Source: Thalassobaculaceae bacterium
Lineage (GTDB): Bacteria > Pseudomonadota > Alphaproteobacteria > Thalassobaculales > Thalassobaculaceae
Reading direction: 5' to 3'
NCBI GenBank assembly: GCA_965228875.1
Contig: OZ245843.1
Location: 2,958,616 to 3,022,615 of the forward strand
Length of the DNA stretch: 64,000 bases
The notes beneath the pieces are model-generated. The model had not been told where the DNA came from. It searched no databases and saw nothing but the letters and a program-made list of their open reading frames with translations. Numbering within the stretch: position 1 is the first letter of the stretch; each line of letters opens with the position of its first letter. A program made the position numbers and the translations under genes. Of this stretch, positions 45,432 to 56,898 are shown piece after piece.

Positions 45432-46309
45432 GCGGCCAGCGGCTTTCCGTCCTCGACGCTTGGCCCGGTCCCGGCGACGGTCGTTCGATGCATGACGCGG
45501 GGATATTTGCTCTCGTCCCAGGGCCGGCCGCGGTGCAGGACCGCCCGGTTGTCCCACATGACCAGGTCGCCGTCCTGCCACCGGTGGGTATAGCAGTGCT
45601 CCGGCCGGGTCACGAAGTCGGTCAGGCGCCGCAGCAGGGCCCGCCCCTCCTCCACCGGCCGTCCCTCGATGTGACTGGCATGGGCACCGGCATAGAGCGC
45701 CTTGCGGCCGTTGACCGGGTTGGTGCGCACCAGCCTCTGGCGCACCACCGGCAGTTCGCGGCGATCCTTGTCGCCCAGCAGCGACTTGTCGATCAGGCCG
45801 CGGCTGTACAGGAAGTCGTGGATGGCAATCAGCGGTTCGTACTCGTCCCGCTCCGCCGCCGACAGCGCATCCCAGGCGGCGCGGCCCGAGGCGAACTCGG
45901 TCTCGCCACCCTCGGGCGGCACCACGCGACCGGACAGCATGGAGGCCTTGGCCGGCACCGGTTTGAACGAGCTGTCGGTGTGCCACATCTGGTTGCCGGC
46001 GTTGAAGATCATCCGCTTGTCCTTGGGCGGGATCAGGTTTCCCTGCGCATCCAGGTTGGAGAAGATCGCGACATGGGTGCCCTCACCGCCTGGATTGGAG
46101 GATATCGTCGTCTCCAGGTTGCCGAAGCGGCGCGAGAACGCGGCCTGCCTGGCATCGTCGATCCCATGCTGCCCGCGGATCACGAGGACGGAGTGGTCCT
46201 CGAACGCGGTCTCGATCGCGGCGAACTCGGCTTCGCTCAGGGATCCGATATCGACACCGGTGACCTCGGCCCCGAGCACCGGGGTCAGCGGGGTGATCGA
46301 CAGCGCCAT
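45428..46309 (-). CDS. TauD/TfdA Fe(II)/2-oxoglutarate dioxygenase
   Basis: WHTDSSF, GGETEFA, WDNRAVLHRG; AGGAGG SD. Confidence 0.92.
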   Translation of the reverse strand: MALSITPLTPVLGAEVTGVDIGSLSEAEFAAIETAFEDHSVLVIRGQHGIDDARQAAFSRRFGNLETTISSNPGGEGTHVAIFSNLDAQGNLIPPKDKRMIFNAGNQMWHTDSSFKPVPAKASMLSGRVVPPEGGETEFASGRAAWDALSAAERDEYEPLIAIHDFLYSRGLIDKSLLGDKDRRELPVVRQRLVRTNPVNGRKALYAGAHASHIEGRPVEEGRALLRRLTDFVTRPEHCYTHRWQDGDLVMWDNRAVLHRGRPWDESKYPRVMHRTTVAGTGPSVEDGKPLAA

Positions 46310-46336
46310 TGAACCCTCCTATTAAAGGCCTGCTTT

Positions 46337-46388
46337 CCAGAACCGTGGGCCAGAACCGTGGGCCAGAACCGCGGGACAGGACCGCGAG
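46337..46388. repeat. 13-bp tandem repeat, four copies, in a divergent intergenic region
   Basis: CCAGAACCGTGGG CCAGAACCGTGGG CCAGAACCGCGGG ACAGGACCGCGAG. Confidence 0.85.
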
Positions 46389-46451
46389 ATGGTCCCCTCC
46401 GCGGCGACACGCGGTCAAGACCCGCTCGCACGCCGCCATGGATATCGGACT

Positions 46452-47123
46452 ATGCTGCAGCTTCCCGCCCTCCTCTCCGCCGACGATCTCGCCGCCGTCC
46501 GCGCCGACCTGGCGCAGACCGACGTGCTGGACGGTCGCGCCACCGCCGGTCCGGTGGCCCGCGAGGTCAAACGCAACCTTGAGGTCGCCGGCGACGATCC
46601 GTCGATCAAGCGGATCGGCGACAGGGTGCTTCGGCTGCTGAACGCCAGCCGGGAGTTCCGCGAATACGCCATGCCGCACAAGATCCGGATGCCGATCGTC
46701 AGCCGGTACGAGCCTGGGATGGAATACGGCAACCATGTGGACGCGCCGGTGATGGGCGACGGGCCGATCCACGCCACCCGCACCGACCTGTCGACCACCG
46801 TGTTCCTGAGCGATCTGGACAGCTACGACGGTGGCGATCTGGTCCTCGAGACGCCTTCCGGCGCGCAGCGCGTGCGGCTGGAGGCGGGCGGCGCGGTTGT
46901 CTACCCGACCAGCTTCATTCATCGGGTCGCGCCCGTCACCCGCGGCCAGCGGGTCGCTGTCGTCACCTGGATGCAGAGCCGGGTGCGCGACCACGAGGAA
47001 CGGCAGATCCTCTTCGACCTGGCTAGCGCCGTGCGGTCGCTGCCGCGCGACACCGGCGCCGATGAGCGGCTGCGCCTGCACCACGTGTTCACGAGGCTCT
47101 ACCAGAAATGGGCGACGCTCTGA
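46452..47123 (+). CDS. PKHD-type Fe(II)/2OG hydroxylase (YbiX/PiuC-like)
   Basis: YGNHVD, RTDLSTTVFLS, YDGGDL, HRVAPVTRGQR. Confidence 0.88.
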   Translation: MLQLPALLSADDLAAVRADLAQTDVLDGRATAGPVAREVKRNLEVAGDDPSIKRIGDRVLRLLNASREFREYAMPHKIRMPIVSRYEPGMEYGNHVDAPVMGDGPIHATRTDLSTTVFLSDLDSYDGGDLVLETPSGAQRVRLEAGGAVVYPTSFIHRVAPVTRGQRVAVVTWMQSRVRDHEERQILFDLASAVRSLPRDTGADERLRLHHVFTRLYQKWATL

Positions 47124-47230
47124 TCCGCGCCCCGGCAGCGGGAGCGGGCGACTCCCCTCACGCAGTCTTGTGTTCTTGCGACCGGGGAGACTGACGTAAG
47201 AGCAGGCGACCCGCGGCCACGGAGGCTTTC

Positions 47231-47725
47231 ATGCGCGCCCTGACCCCCGCCCTGATCCCCGCCCTGTTGCTCGCCCTTGCTCTCCAGATCCTCCCGGGCC
47301 CCGCCGGCGCCGAGAACCCGACGCCGTATTCCGGGACCAGGGTGATCGCCACCGGCAAGCCGTTCATGCCCTACGTCGCCGCCCTGCGGGAGGCGGTCAA
47401 GGCGAACGGCTTCAACATGGTCGGACTGGCCTGCGCCAACTGCGCGATCAAAGGAGCGTTCCAGGAGACCGTGCCCGGCAACCGGGTGTTCCTGTTCTTC
47501 CGACCCGACTACGCTCGGCGCATGCTGCAGGCGAGCACGGCGGCCGGGATCGAGGCGCCGATCCGGCTCTACGTCACCGAGGATGCCGCCGGCGGCGCAA
47601 CCGTCACCTACCGCCTGCCGAGCCATGTGTTCGCCGCCTACGAGGTTGACGCCCTGACCGCCATGGGGGAGGAGTTGGACATTCATGTCGACACCATCCT
47701 GAAGACGGCGTCGGACGCGTTCTGA
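47231..47725 (+). CDS. DUF302-like exported protein
   Basis: Signal peptide; AGIEAPIRLYVTED. Confidence 0.7.
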   Translation: MRALTPALIPALLLALALQILPGPAGAENPTPYSGTRVIATGKPFMPYVAALREAVKANGFNMVGLACANCAIKGAFQETVPGNRVFLFFRPDYARRMLQASTAAGIEAPIRLYVTEDAAGGATVTYRLPSHVFAAYEVDALTAMGEELDIHVDTILKTASDAF

Positions 47726-47749
47726 GGCGCCGGCGCGGAGACGCTTGCG

Positions 47750-48919
47750 ATGACCATGGCCATGCCCGCCACCCCGCCCGTCCAGCGCCCGCTGCTGGCG
47801 ATCGCCGCCGTGCTGGCGGCGGCGCTGTTCGTCCACATCTGGGCCGACAGCACGACGCGGGCCTGGGTGCTGCTGATCGGCATCAGTCTCGGCGTCGCCC
47901 TGTACCACGCGTCCTTCGGCTTCACCGCCGCCTATCGCCGCGCGATCGTCGACGGCGACCTGTCCGGCATCGCCGCCCAGGCGGTCATGCTGATCCTCGC
48001 CACCGCGATCTTCGCACCGGTCCTGTCCGCCGGCGAGATCTTCGGTCACCGGGCGGGCGGCGCCGTCGCCCCGATCAGCGTCGCCATGCTCACCGGCGCG
48101 TTCCTGTTCGGGATCGGCATGAATCTCGGCGGCGCCTGCGCCTCCGGCACGCTGTTCACCGTCGGCGGCGGCAACAGTCGGATGATGGTGACGCTCGTGT
48201 TCTTCTGCCTCGGTTCCTGGTGGGGCACCCTTGACCTCGCCTGGTGGCGCGCGCTGCCGAGCTTCGGCGCCGTCTCGCTGGGGCGCGAGCTGGGTTACGG
48301 AACCGCCGCCGTGCTGCAGTCCGGGTTCCTGCTGTTCCTGCTCTGGGGCCTGTATCGCCTCGGCGCCCGCATACGCCGCCCGCTCGGCTGGAGGACCGGG
48401 TTCGAGCCGTCGCGCCTGCTCCGTGGCCCCTGGCCGCTGATCTGGGGCGCGGTCGCCCTGGCCCTGCTGAACTGGGCGATGCTGGCGGTCACCGGGCGGC
48501 CCTGGGGCGTGACCTGGGGGTTCACGGTCTGGGGCGCGAAGGCGATGGCGGCGCTCGGATGGGACCCGGCCTCCAGCGCCTTCTGGAGCCAGGGCTGGAC
48601 CAGCGGCACGCTCAACGCCCCGCTGCTGGCGAACAGCGTGTCGGTCTCGAACATCGGCATTCTGATCGGCGCGCACGCCGCCGGATCGCTCGCCGGCAAG
48701 ATCGGACCGACCTGGCGGATCGGCTGGCGCCCGCTCGCCGCCGCGGTGATCGGCGGCCTGATGATGGGCTACGGCGCGCGCCTGGCCTACGGGTGCAACA
48801 TCGGCGCGTTCTTCTCCGGGATCGCCTCGACGAGCCTGCACGGCTGGGCCTGGATCGCCATGGCGCTGCTCGGCTCGGTGATCGGTATCCGTTTGCGGCC
48901 GCTCTTCCGTCTCGACTGA
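47750..48919 (+). CDS. YeeE/YedE sulfur-compound transporter family
   Basis: FGIGMNLGGACASG and GYGARLAYGCNIG. Confidence 0.9.
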   Translation: MTMAMPATPPVQRPLLAIAAVLAAALFVHIWADSTTRAWVLLIGISLGVALYHASFGFTAAYRRAIVDGDLSGIAAQAVMLILATAIFAPVLSAGEIFGHRAGGAVAPISVAMLTGAFLFGIGMNLGGACASGTLFTVGGGNSRMMVTLVFFCLGSWWGTLDLAWWRALPSFGAVSLGRELGYGTAAVLQSGFLLFLLWGLYRLGARIRRPLGWRTGFEPSRLLRGPWPLIWGAVALALLNWAMLAVTGRPWGVTWGFTVWGAKAMAALGWDPASSAFWSQGWTSGTLNAPLLANSVSVSNIGILIGAHAAGSLAGKIGPTWRIGWRPLAAAVIGGLMMGYGARLAYGCNIGAFFSGIASTSLHGWAWIAMALLGSVIGIRLRPLFRLD

Positions 48920-49008
48920 CCCGCGAAGTCGTGATGGGGCGGTGGGTTTCACTTGGTATACAGTCGGTCCACTTCTACTTGGCTTTTTCCGCCTCCAGGA
49001 GAACACCG

Positions 49009-50004
49009 ATGAGCGACACGCCCTCCCGCCCCCTCGTCTCCCGCCGTACCGCCCTGCTCGGTGCGCTCGGCGCCACGACCGCGCTTGCCGCCGCGCCCCT
49101 GACCTCCGCTCCGGCGGCGGCGAGCGCGCCGATGCTCGGCCCGACCTCTCTGACCCACTACCGCTTCGCGCTCGGCGAGTTCGAGGTCACCGTCATCCAC
49201 GACGGCTACATCGCCCTCGACGGCCCGCACCCGATCTTCGGCCAGGACCAGGATCCGCAGGCGGTCGAAGCGCTGGCGGCCGAAAATTTCCTGCCGATGA
49301 AACGGATGACCATCGGCTTCTCGCCGGTCATCGTGAATACGGGGGCCGAACTGATCCTGTTCGACACCGGAAACGGCGCCGGCCGCCGGCCGAACGCCGG
49401 TCAGCTCCGGTCGCTGCTGGCCGCCGCCGGCTACACGCCGGAGCAGATCGACATCGTGGTCCTCACCCACTTCCATCCCGACCATATCGGTGGGCTGATG
49501 GAGGACGGCGCCCCGGCGTTTGCCAACGCTCGCTACGTCACCGGCCGGGTCGAGTACGATTTCTGGTCGCCGGAGGAGAAGGCCAGCGGCCCGACGGAAC
49601 GGGTCGGCAAGCTGGTCCAGGCCAACGTCGTCCCGTTCGCCGAGAAGATGTCCTTCCTGGACGACAACCAGGACCTGGTGTCCGGCATCACCGCCCTGGC
49701 CGCCTACGGCCACACGCCGGGTCACATGGTCTACCACCTTGAGAGCGCCGGTAAGCGCCTGATGGTGACCGCCGACACCGCGAACCATTACGTGGTGTCG
49801 CTACAGAAGCCGGACTGGCACGTCCGCTTCGACATGGACAAGGAAATGGCCGCCGCCGCGCGCCGCAAGGTGTTCGGCATGATCGCCGCCGACCGGATCC
49901 CGTTCTCCGGCTATCACATGCCGTTCCCGAACGTCGGCTATGTCGAGGCTCACGGCGACGGTTTCCGCTACACCGCCGCCAGCTATCAGCTCGCCGTGGA
50001 CTGA
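49009..50004 (+). CDS. Tat-exported MBL-fold metallohydrolase
   Basis: SRRTALLG Tat motif; THFHPDHIGG, GHTPGH. Confidence 0.9.
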   Translation: MSDTPSRPLVSRRTALLGALGATTALAAAPLTSAPAAASAPMLGPTSLTHYRFALGEFEVTVIHDGYIALDGPHPIFGQDQDPQAVEALAAENFLPMKRMTIGFSPVIVNTGAELILFDTGNGAGRRPNAGQLRSLLAAAGYTPEQIDIVVLTHFHPDHIGGLMEDGAPAFANARYVTGRVEYDFWSPEEKASGPTERVGKLVQANVVPFAEKMSFLDDNQDLVSGITALAAYGHTPGHMVYHLESAGKRLMVTADTANHYVVSLQKPDWHVRFDMDKEMAAAARRKVFGMIAADRIPFSGYHMPFPNVGYVEAHGDGFRYTAASYQLAVD

Positions 50005-50057
50005 TTTGCACGGGCGCCGCGGGGACCGCCAGCCGGCCCCGCGGCCACTCCCGGCCT

Positions 50058-50828
50058 CTAACGGTACAACCGCTTGCCGTCGACGATGTCGATGCTGTTG
50101 CGGGCAGCGTCCCGGGTGGACAGGATCATTGACTTGATGAAGGAGTCCGTGCGCGGCGGCAGCGTCCGCGAGGCGATACGGAACTCGATCGCGTAGCGGT
50201 CCCTGGTGGTGCGCGCCAGCTTCTGAGTCCGGTGGACCGTGTACCGGTCGAACACATAGCAGTCACCGACGCGCAGGGCATGCGCCTCGACCCGGTGGTT
50301 GCCGATCCCGTAGAGCCGGTCGAGTTCGCCGTCGCTCACCGTCCGGTTCCGTCCGGTCGTGAGCACATCCGACCAGCCCCGGCGCAGAATGTCCTCGTCG
50401 ACCTTGCGGTTCGGCAGGCAGAACTCAAGCGCGGGCGACGTCTCTCCGACCGGATCGAGCGGCACCCAGCACACCATGACCGGGCCGTTCATGCCGCCGA
50501 AATTGGCGTCGGCATGCCATTCCACGTGCGAGGTATCCGATCCGATCTCGTGGTGGCGGACGGTCAGGAAATCGATCATCAGGGCCGGCTCGTGATCGTA
50601 CAGCGCCTTGAAGAAGGTGGGGAACGGCGACGCCCAGAACCATTTCAGCACCTCCTCGAGGTGCAGCATGCCCCGCGGATCCGCCTCGCGGTTCTCGAAC
50701 GCGCGCAGAAACGTCACCTTGTTGTCCCGCCCATAGGTCGAATACACGGCCAGGCTGACGTCGCGAAGCTTCAGGATCTCCCGCTCCTCGAACAGGGCCC
50801 TGTGAAGCTGGTAAAAGCCGTAACGCAT
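50058..50828 (-). CDS. Hypothetical protein with a PhyH-like 2OG dioxygenase fold
   Basis: WHAD, CWVPLDPV, GDCYVFD..TVHRT. Confidence 0.6.
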   Translation of the reverse strand: MRYGFYQLHRALFEEREILKLRDVSLAVYSTYGRDNKVTFLRAFENREADPRGMLHLEEVLKWFWASPFPTFFKALYDHEPALMIDFLTVRHHEIGSDTSHVEWHADANFGGMNGPVMVCWVPLDPVGETSPALEFCLPNRKVDEDILRRGWSDVLTTGRNRTVSDGELDRLYGIGNHRVEAHALRVGDCYVFDRYTVHRTQKLARTTRDRYAIEFRIASRTLPPRTDSFIKSMILSTRDAARNSIDIVDGKRLYR

Positions 50829-50901
50829 CGCCGCCCTCAATGGGTGGGTTGATTTCCACCCTTCCTATAGCGCGAACGCGCCGGCGCCGCAGAGCCTGTT
50901 T

Positions 50902-51732
50902 TCACCCGGTCGGCATCGCCGGGGCCGCGGGATCCACCGGCCAGCCGGTGTTCTCGCAAAAGCGGAGCTGGTCGGCGCCGAAAATCGACAGATCCCGCTC
51001 GCGCCAGCGTCCCATCGTCGAGGGCTGGAATACGTCGGCGATCGCCGTCTCCAGAGCGGCGGCGTCGACGGACAGACCCAGACACGCCGCCAGAGCCGCC
51101 ACATGCGCGCTCGGATCGACGGCGAAGGCGTCGAAGTTCAGCGGGTGGATGCGCCCCGGATATCGCGTCAGCAGGGCGTCCAGCCGGCGCTGGGTCCGGA
51201 TCCAGTACTCGAGCTGCGCCGCCTCCGCCGTGGCGAATGCCTCGGGATCAAGGTCGAACAGCCAGCTCCAGTTGCCGAGCTGGCCCTTGTTGTCGCTGTA
51301 GGCCATGTCGAGGGGATGGCGGGTGACATAGACGAAGACCGCCTCGGGCCATCGCGCCAGGATCGGCTCGACGAACAGGTGGCAGTTCGGCTCCTTGGTC
51401 ATCCAGCCGACCGCGTCCGGCCTCCCAGCGAGTCCGTGCCCCTGTTCGCGGCGGAAGCGCCAGAGCGCCGGCCAGCGCAGCAACGCCGCCGGTCCCACGC
51501 CGCGCCGCATCACCCGCTCGAACAGCGCCAGCCGGCCAGCGATCTCCGCCGGCGACGGATCGGACCGGACCCAGTCCGGGCGCTTGAACAGCTCGGTGAA
51601 GAGCAGGTTGTCGTTGGCGCCGTTCAGGCAGCCGCCGGCGTAATAGCCGAGCGCCATCATCGCGCCGGCCACCGCCCGCGTCCCGGAGCCACCAAGGCCG
51701 CCGATGAAGAGAATGGGTGCGTCAGAACTCAC
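50902..51732 (-). CDS. Sulfotransferase family protein
   Basis: FIGGLGGSGTRAV PAPS loop, KEP, YVTRHPLDMAYS. Confidence 0.8.
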   Translation of the reverse strand: MSSDAPILFIGGLGGSGTRAVAGAMMALGYYAGGCLNGANDNLLFTELFKRPDWVRSDPSPAEIAGRLALFERVMRRGVGPAALLRWPALWRFRREQGHGLAGRPDAVGWMTKEPNCHLFVEPILARWPEAVFVYVTRHPLDMAYSDNKGQLGNWSWLFDLDPEAFATAEAAQLEYWIRTQRRLDALLTRYPGRIHPLNFDAFAVDPSAHVAALAACLGLSVDAAALETAIADVFQPSTMGRWRERDLSIFGADQLRFCENTGWPVDPAAPAMPTG

Positions 51733-51805
51733 GCAGCGCCGGATAGCGGAGCGGGCCGGGCACGTCAATGCCGGCATCCGCCGACCGACGCGCCCGGCGC
51801 CACCG

Positions 51806-51997
51806 TCAGGCCAGAATATCCACCCGCTTCGCCGAACTCGGCGTGAACCGCGACGCCGCGAAGGATTCCTGGAACTGCGCTGATGGGCGGGTAAAGACCG
51901 AGTCGGTCAGCTGCCGGGTCGTCGGAGGCGTCGCAGCTTGCTGGAAGCCGCCGTCGAGCCGTGTGCTGAACGTCGTGATCACGCCGTCCACTTTCAT
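51806..51997 (-). CDS. Small hypothetical protein (63 aa)
   Basis: GGGGAG SD; ends in RVDILA; CtrA-like box upstream. Confidence 0.5.
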   Translation of the reverse strand: MKVDGVITTFSTRLDGGFQQAATPPTTRQLTDSVFTRPSAQFQESFAASRFTPSSAKRVDILA

Positions 51998-52049
51998 GGA
52001 TCATCACTCCCCACTGTGGTGAACCAGGATTTTTTGTCGCGCGCCAACC

Positions 52050-52065
52050 GTTAACAAACGGTTAC
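52050..52065. promoter_or_regulatory. CtrA-like box
   Basis: gTTAA-caaacgg-TTAC; the minus strand reads GTAA-N7-TTAAC. Confidence 0.5.
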
Positions 52066-52075
52066 CGGCCTCGAT

Positions 52076-53298
52076 TCAGCCGCCGGCGGTATGGCGCACC
52101 GGGAACAGCCTCACCAGGATTGCGATGCCGGCGACGACGTAGATCGCACAGGCGATGGCGATCGCCTCGATCGCGATCCCAGCGTCGAGCGCCCAGCCCA
52201 TCAGCGCCGGCGACAGCGCGCTGGACACCACCGAACAGGCGCTGACCAGGGCGCGGATCGCCCCCAGATGGCGCACGCCGTAGATCTCTGCCCAGAGCGT
52301 GCCGAGCAGGGTCGAGGACGCGCCGGAGGTGGCGCCGCACATGGCGAGGAAGAGGAGCCCGGCCCACACCGCGTCGCTGAGCGCCAGCAGCAACAGGCCG
52401 ACGACCAGCGGTGCCAGGTAGAACCGCGCCACCCGCCGGGCGCCGACCCGGTCGATTGCCGGCCCGGTGACCAGCGCGACGGCGATCTGGCAGATCGCGT
52501 AGCCGATATAGCCGGCCGCGAACGCCGACAGCGCCCAGCCCTTGGTCTCGGTGAGGTGCACCTGGTGGAACAGGATCCCGGTGACGATGAACGACGGCGA
52601 CAGGACCGCCGCCATCGACCACAGGAACGTCGGATCGCGGGCAACCTCGCCGCGGGTCCACTGACGGATCTCGCCCTCGATGCCGTCCGCGGTACGACTG
52701 ACCAGATCGGCGTGGCGCCGGCCGTGGGTCGCCAGCAGCAGCATCGCCATCGGCAGGAACACCGCCAGCGCCACCAGCGCCGCCCCGCCATAGGTCCAGC
52801 GCCAGCCGATCAGGGCGATCAGAAAGACGACGGTGCTCGGCCACACCGCCTCGCCCACCGGGAACCCCAACGCGGCCAGGCTCACCGACTTGCCGCGCAC
52901 CGCCGGGTCGGCGTAGCGCGCGACGGCGGTGACGGCGGTATGGCTTGCCAGCCCCTGACCGAAGAACCGCAGCAGGAACAGGGCGACCAGCAGCGTCACG
53001 GTCCCGGCGGCCGACGCGGCGGTGACGGCCGCCACGGCGATTCCAGCCAGCACGATGCCCGCGAACAGGCGCAGGTCGATCCGGTCGATCAGCCCGCCCG
53101 CCCAGAGCAGCAGAATGCCGCTGGCCAGCGTCGCCGCGGAATACAGGCTGCCGAACCCGCCGTGGCCGAGGTCGAACGCCGCCCGGAACTCGGCGGAGAA
53201 CAGCGAGATGAAGAAGGTCTGGCCCGAGCTCGACGCGAACGCCATCAGGAAGCCGAAGACCAGCAGCCGCCAGTCCATGCCGGAGGAGAATGTTCGCA

Positions 53299-53302
<4 letters not shown>
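52076..53302 (-). CDS. MFS transporter
   Basis: SSSGQTFFISLF, GGLIDR, multiple TM segments; ATGA overlap with the cyclase gene. Confidence 0.88.
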
Positions 53303-54618
<1,316 letters not shown>

Positions 54619-54619
54619 C

Positions 54620-55663
54620 TCAACTCCGCCAGCGCAGCGTGGTCTCGCGCACCGGGTTGGCGAACGGCCCCTCGGTCCAGGCGCCATAGGCCTTCTTCAG
54701 CCGGAAGTACCATTTCGCCTGCATGTCGGCGTCGTTGATGAGCATCAGGTTCGGTGCGTGCTTCAGTCCGCGCTGCTGCTTGACCACCACGTCGCGGTCC
54801 TGGCCGAGAAATCTCCGCGCGAAGACCCGCAGCACCGGCCGGACCAGTCCGGCCCAGCCGATGTTCCAGTAGATCATGTGGTGGATTTCAGTGGTCTCGG
54901 GGTCGATCGGCGTCACCGTGGTGACGCCACAGACCCGTTTCTCGCCGATCTCGATATCCTCGATCCGGATCCCCGGCAGCCGGAACCGGATCTCGGTCGT
55001 CGGCGTACCGCCCAGGATCCTGTAGGCGGCGGAGTTACTGGACGGCTGATGGCGCAGCATGGAGAAGCCGTATTCCGACGGCCCGAAGCGCTTGGCTTTC
55101 TCGTGCATCGAGCGCTTGCTGCGCCACCACCAGCTCTGGTGCACGTAGGGGCCGTGAGCGGGATCCATCAGACCGATCACGGCGTGGTCGATATGGCTGG
55201 GGAAGATCATCTGCTCGGTCAGGCCCGGCCCCCGCCCCGTCACCTCGGGCAGGTCCGGCGGGGCGACCTTCGGCGTCTCCCGGCCGCGCGGATCGGAGGC
55301 CATGTAGACCCAGATCCCACCGCCGCGCTCCTCCACCGGATAGGCGCGCACGCGGATCGCGGCCACATCGAGGTCCTGATCCTCGGTCAGGGACGGGATG
55401 CAGGTGCACTGGCCGGTGGGGGCGAAACGCCAGCCGTGGTAGCAGCACTCGACCTCGCTGCCGTCGAACCGGCCATCGGAGAGGGGAATACCGCGATGCG
55501 GACAGATGTCGCGCAGCGCGAACGCCTCGCCTTCGGCGGTCCGGGCGAACACCAGCGGTTCGCTCAGCAGGGTCTTGTCGCGCATCTCACCCGGTTTCAG
55601 CGCCGCCGACGGCATCGCGAAGTACCAGATGTCGCGCAGGAATCCGTTCCCGTCTATCGCCAT
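54620..55663 (-). CDS. Rieske non-heme oxygenase alpha subunit (VanA-like)
   Basis: CPHRG..CCYHGW Rieske motif; DPAHGPYVH. Confidence 0.9.
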   Translation of the reverse strand: MAIDGNGFLRDIWYFAMPSAALKPGEMRDKTLLSEPLVFARTAEGEAFALRDICPHRGIPLSDGRFDGSEVECCYHGWRFAPTGQCTCIPSLTEDQDLDVAAIRVRAYPVEERGGGIWVYMASDPRGRETPKVAPPDLPEVTGRGPGLTEQMIFPSHIDHAVIGLMDPAHGPYVHQSWWWRSKRSMHEKAKRFGPSEYGFSMLRHQPSSNSAAYRILGGTPTTEIRFRLPGIRIEDIEIGEKRVCGVTTVTPIDPETTEIHHMIYWNIGWAGLVRPVLRVFARRFLGQDRDVVVKQQRGLKHAPNLMLINDADMQAKWYFRLKKAYGAWTEGPFANPVRETTLRWRS

Positions 55664-55786
55664 GAGCCGGACACTGCCACCAGTCTCAGAGCAAGGCAAT
55701 CGGCATTGCGGGCACATATTTTCGTATGCAGGCGTCGTTCAACGCATGATAATAAATGAAATAGAACACAAACAAAGACAGCGCAA

Positions 55787-56815
55787 ATGAGAATGAAGAT
55801 CAATAAAGAAGCGCTGATCGGGGTCGGCAGCTTCGTCCTTGTGTCCGCTGTCCTAATATCTGCCGACGCGTTCGAGCTGATCTACGAGTTCACCCGCGCC
55901 CACGAGGCCTGGGAGCTGGATGAACTGATCTCGGCTCTGCTCGCTGCACTGCTCAGCATGCTGCTGGCGTCCATCATCGCAACGGCACGGAAGAACAGCG
56001 AACTCCGGGACGCCGTTGCTGCGGCCAGGACGGCGCAGGTCAATGAGCGCTTGGCCAGCAAAGCGAAGACACGGTTCATCAACAGCATGAACCACGAGCT
56101 CAGGACGCCGCTCAACGCCGTCCTGGGGTTCAGCGAGCTCCTGCTGGAGCGCCGGGTTTCCGCATTGACCGAGACTCAACGGAACTACGTCGAGGAGATC
56201 CGCAAGGCAGGCAGCCGGCTGTTGGCTGTCGTCGAGGATGTTCTGACCATGGCCGATATCGACACGCTGACAGCCAAGGTCGAGGTCGCAGAGGTCGATA
56301 TTGCCACAATCGTCCGCCGCTGCGTCGACGCGTCACCAACCAAGGGTGGCGCATCAGGGATCGGCGTCCAACTCGACGCCCCGGCAACCTGCACCGCCAT
56401 GGCGGATCGGGCGTTCGTACACCTGATCGTCACCAAGCTCATCGCCAACGCCGTCGCCTACACCCCACCGGACGGAGCGGTCGTGGTTTCCGTCTCGACC
56501 ACCCCGGAAGGCCGGGTGGAAGTCGCCGTGACGGATAGCGGTCCCGGAATCCCGCCGGACAGGTTGGCCACCATATTCGACGCGTTCGACCGCGGCGGCC
56601 GGGAGAGTCTCGCGATCGCCGGAACGGGCGTCGGGCTGACCATCGGTCGGCATCTGGCCCACGCCATGGACGGCGCCCTGAGCGTGTCGAGCCAGGCGGG
56701 GGTTGGTACGACCTTCACCCTTTCCCTCGATCGCGCAGGCTCCCCGGACGAGAAGGAGCCGACCGGATCCGTCGCGGCGCCCCAAAGCAAATCACGATCA
56801 GATGGAACCATCTGA
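55787..56815 (+). CDS. Sensor histidine kinase
   Basis: MNHELRTPLNAVLGFS, DSGPGI, GTGVGL. Confidence 0.9.
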   Translation: MRMKINKEALIGVGSFVLVSAVLISADAFELIYEFTRAHEAWELDELISALLAALLSMLLASIIATARKNSELRDAVAAARTAQVNERLASKAKTRFINSMNHELRTPLNAVLGFSELLLERRVSALTETQRNYVEEIRKAGSRLLAVVEDVLTMADIDTLTAKVEVAEVDIATIVRRCVDASPTKGGASGIGVQLDAPATCTAMADRAFVHLIVTKLIANAVAYTPPDGAVVVSVSTTPEGRVEVAVTDSGPGIPPDRLATIFDAFDRGGRESLAIAGTGVGLTIGRHLAHAMDGALSVSSQAGVGTTFTLSLDRAGSPDEKEPTGSVAAPQSKSRSDGTI

Positions 56816-56844
56816 TTGTGTGAATTTGCTCTGTTTTTAATGGC

Positions 56845-56898
56845 TTAGAGGGCGATTCACGCATTAGATCGATTCGATCTCATGCGATCGCGCTCTAA
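56845..56898. repeat. Short palindromic intergenic element (CIR/Bru-RS-like)
   Basis: TTAGAGGGCGAT...ATCGCGCTCTAA ends, an inner hairpin and two GATTC sites. Confidence 0.5.

Noticed and set aside
46337..46388. CRISPR array
   Set aside because: The units are 13 bp and contiguous, with no spacers and no cas genes
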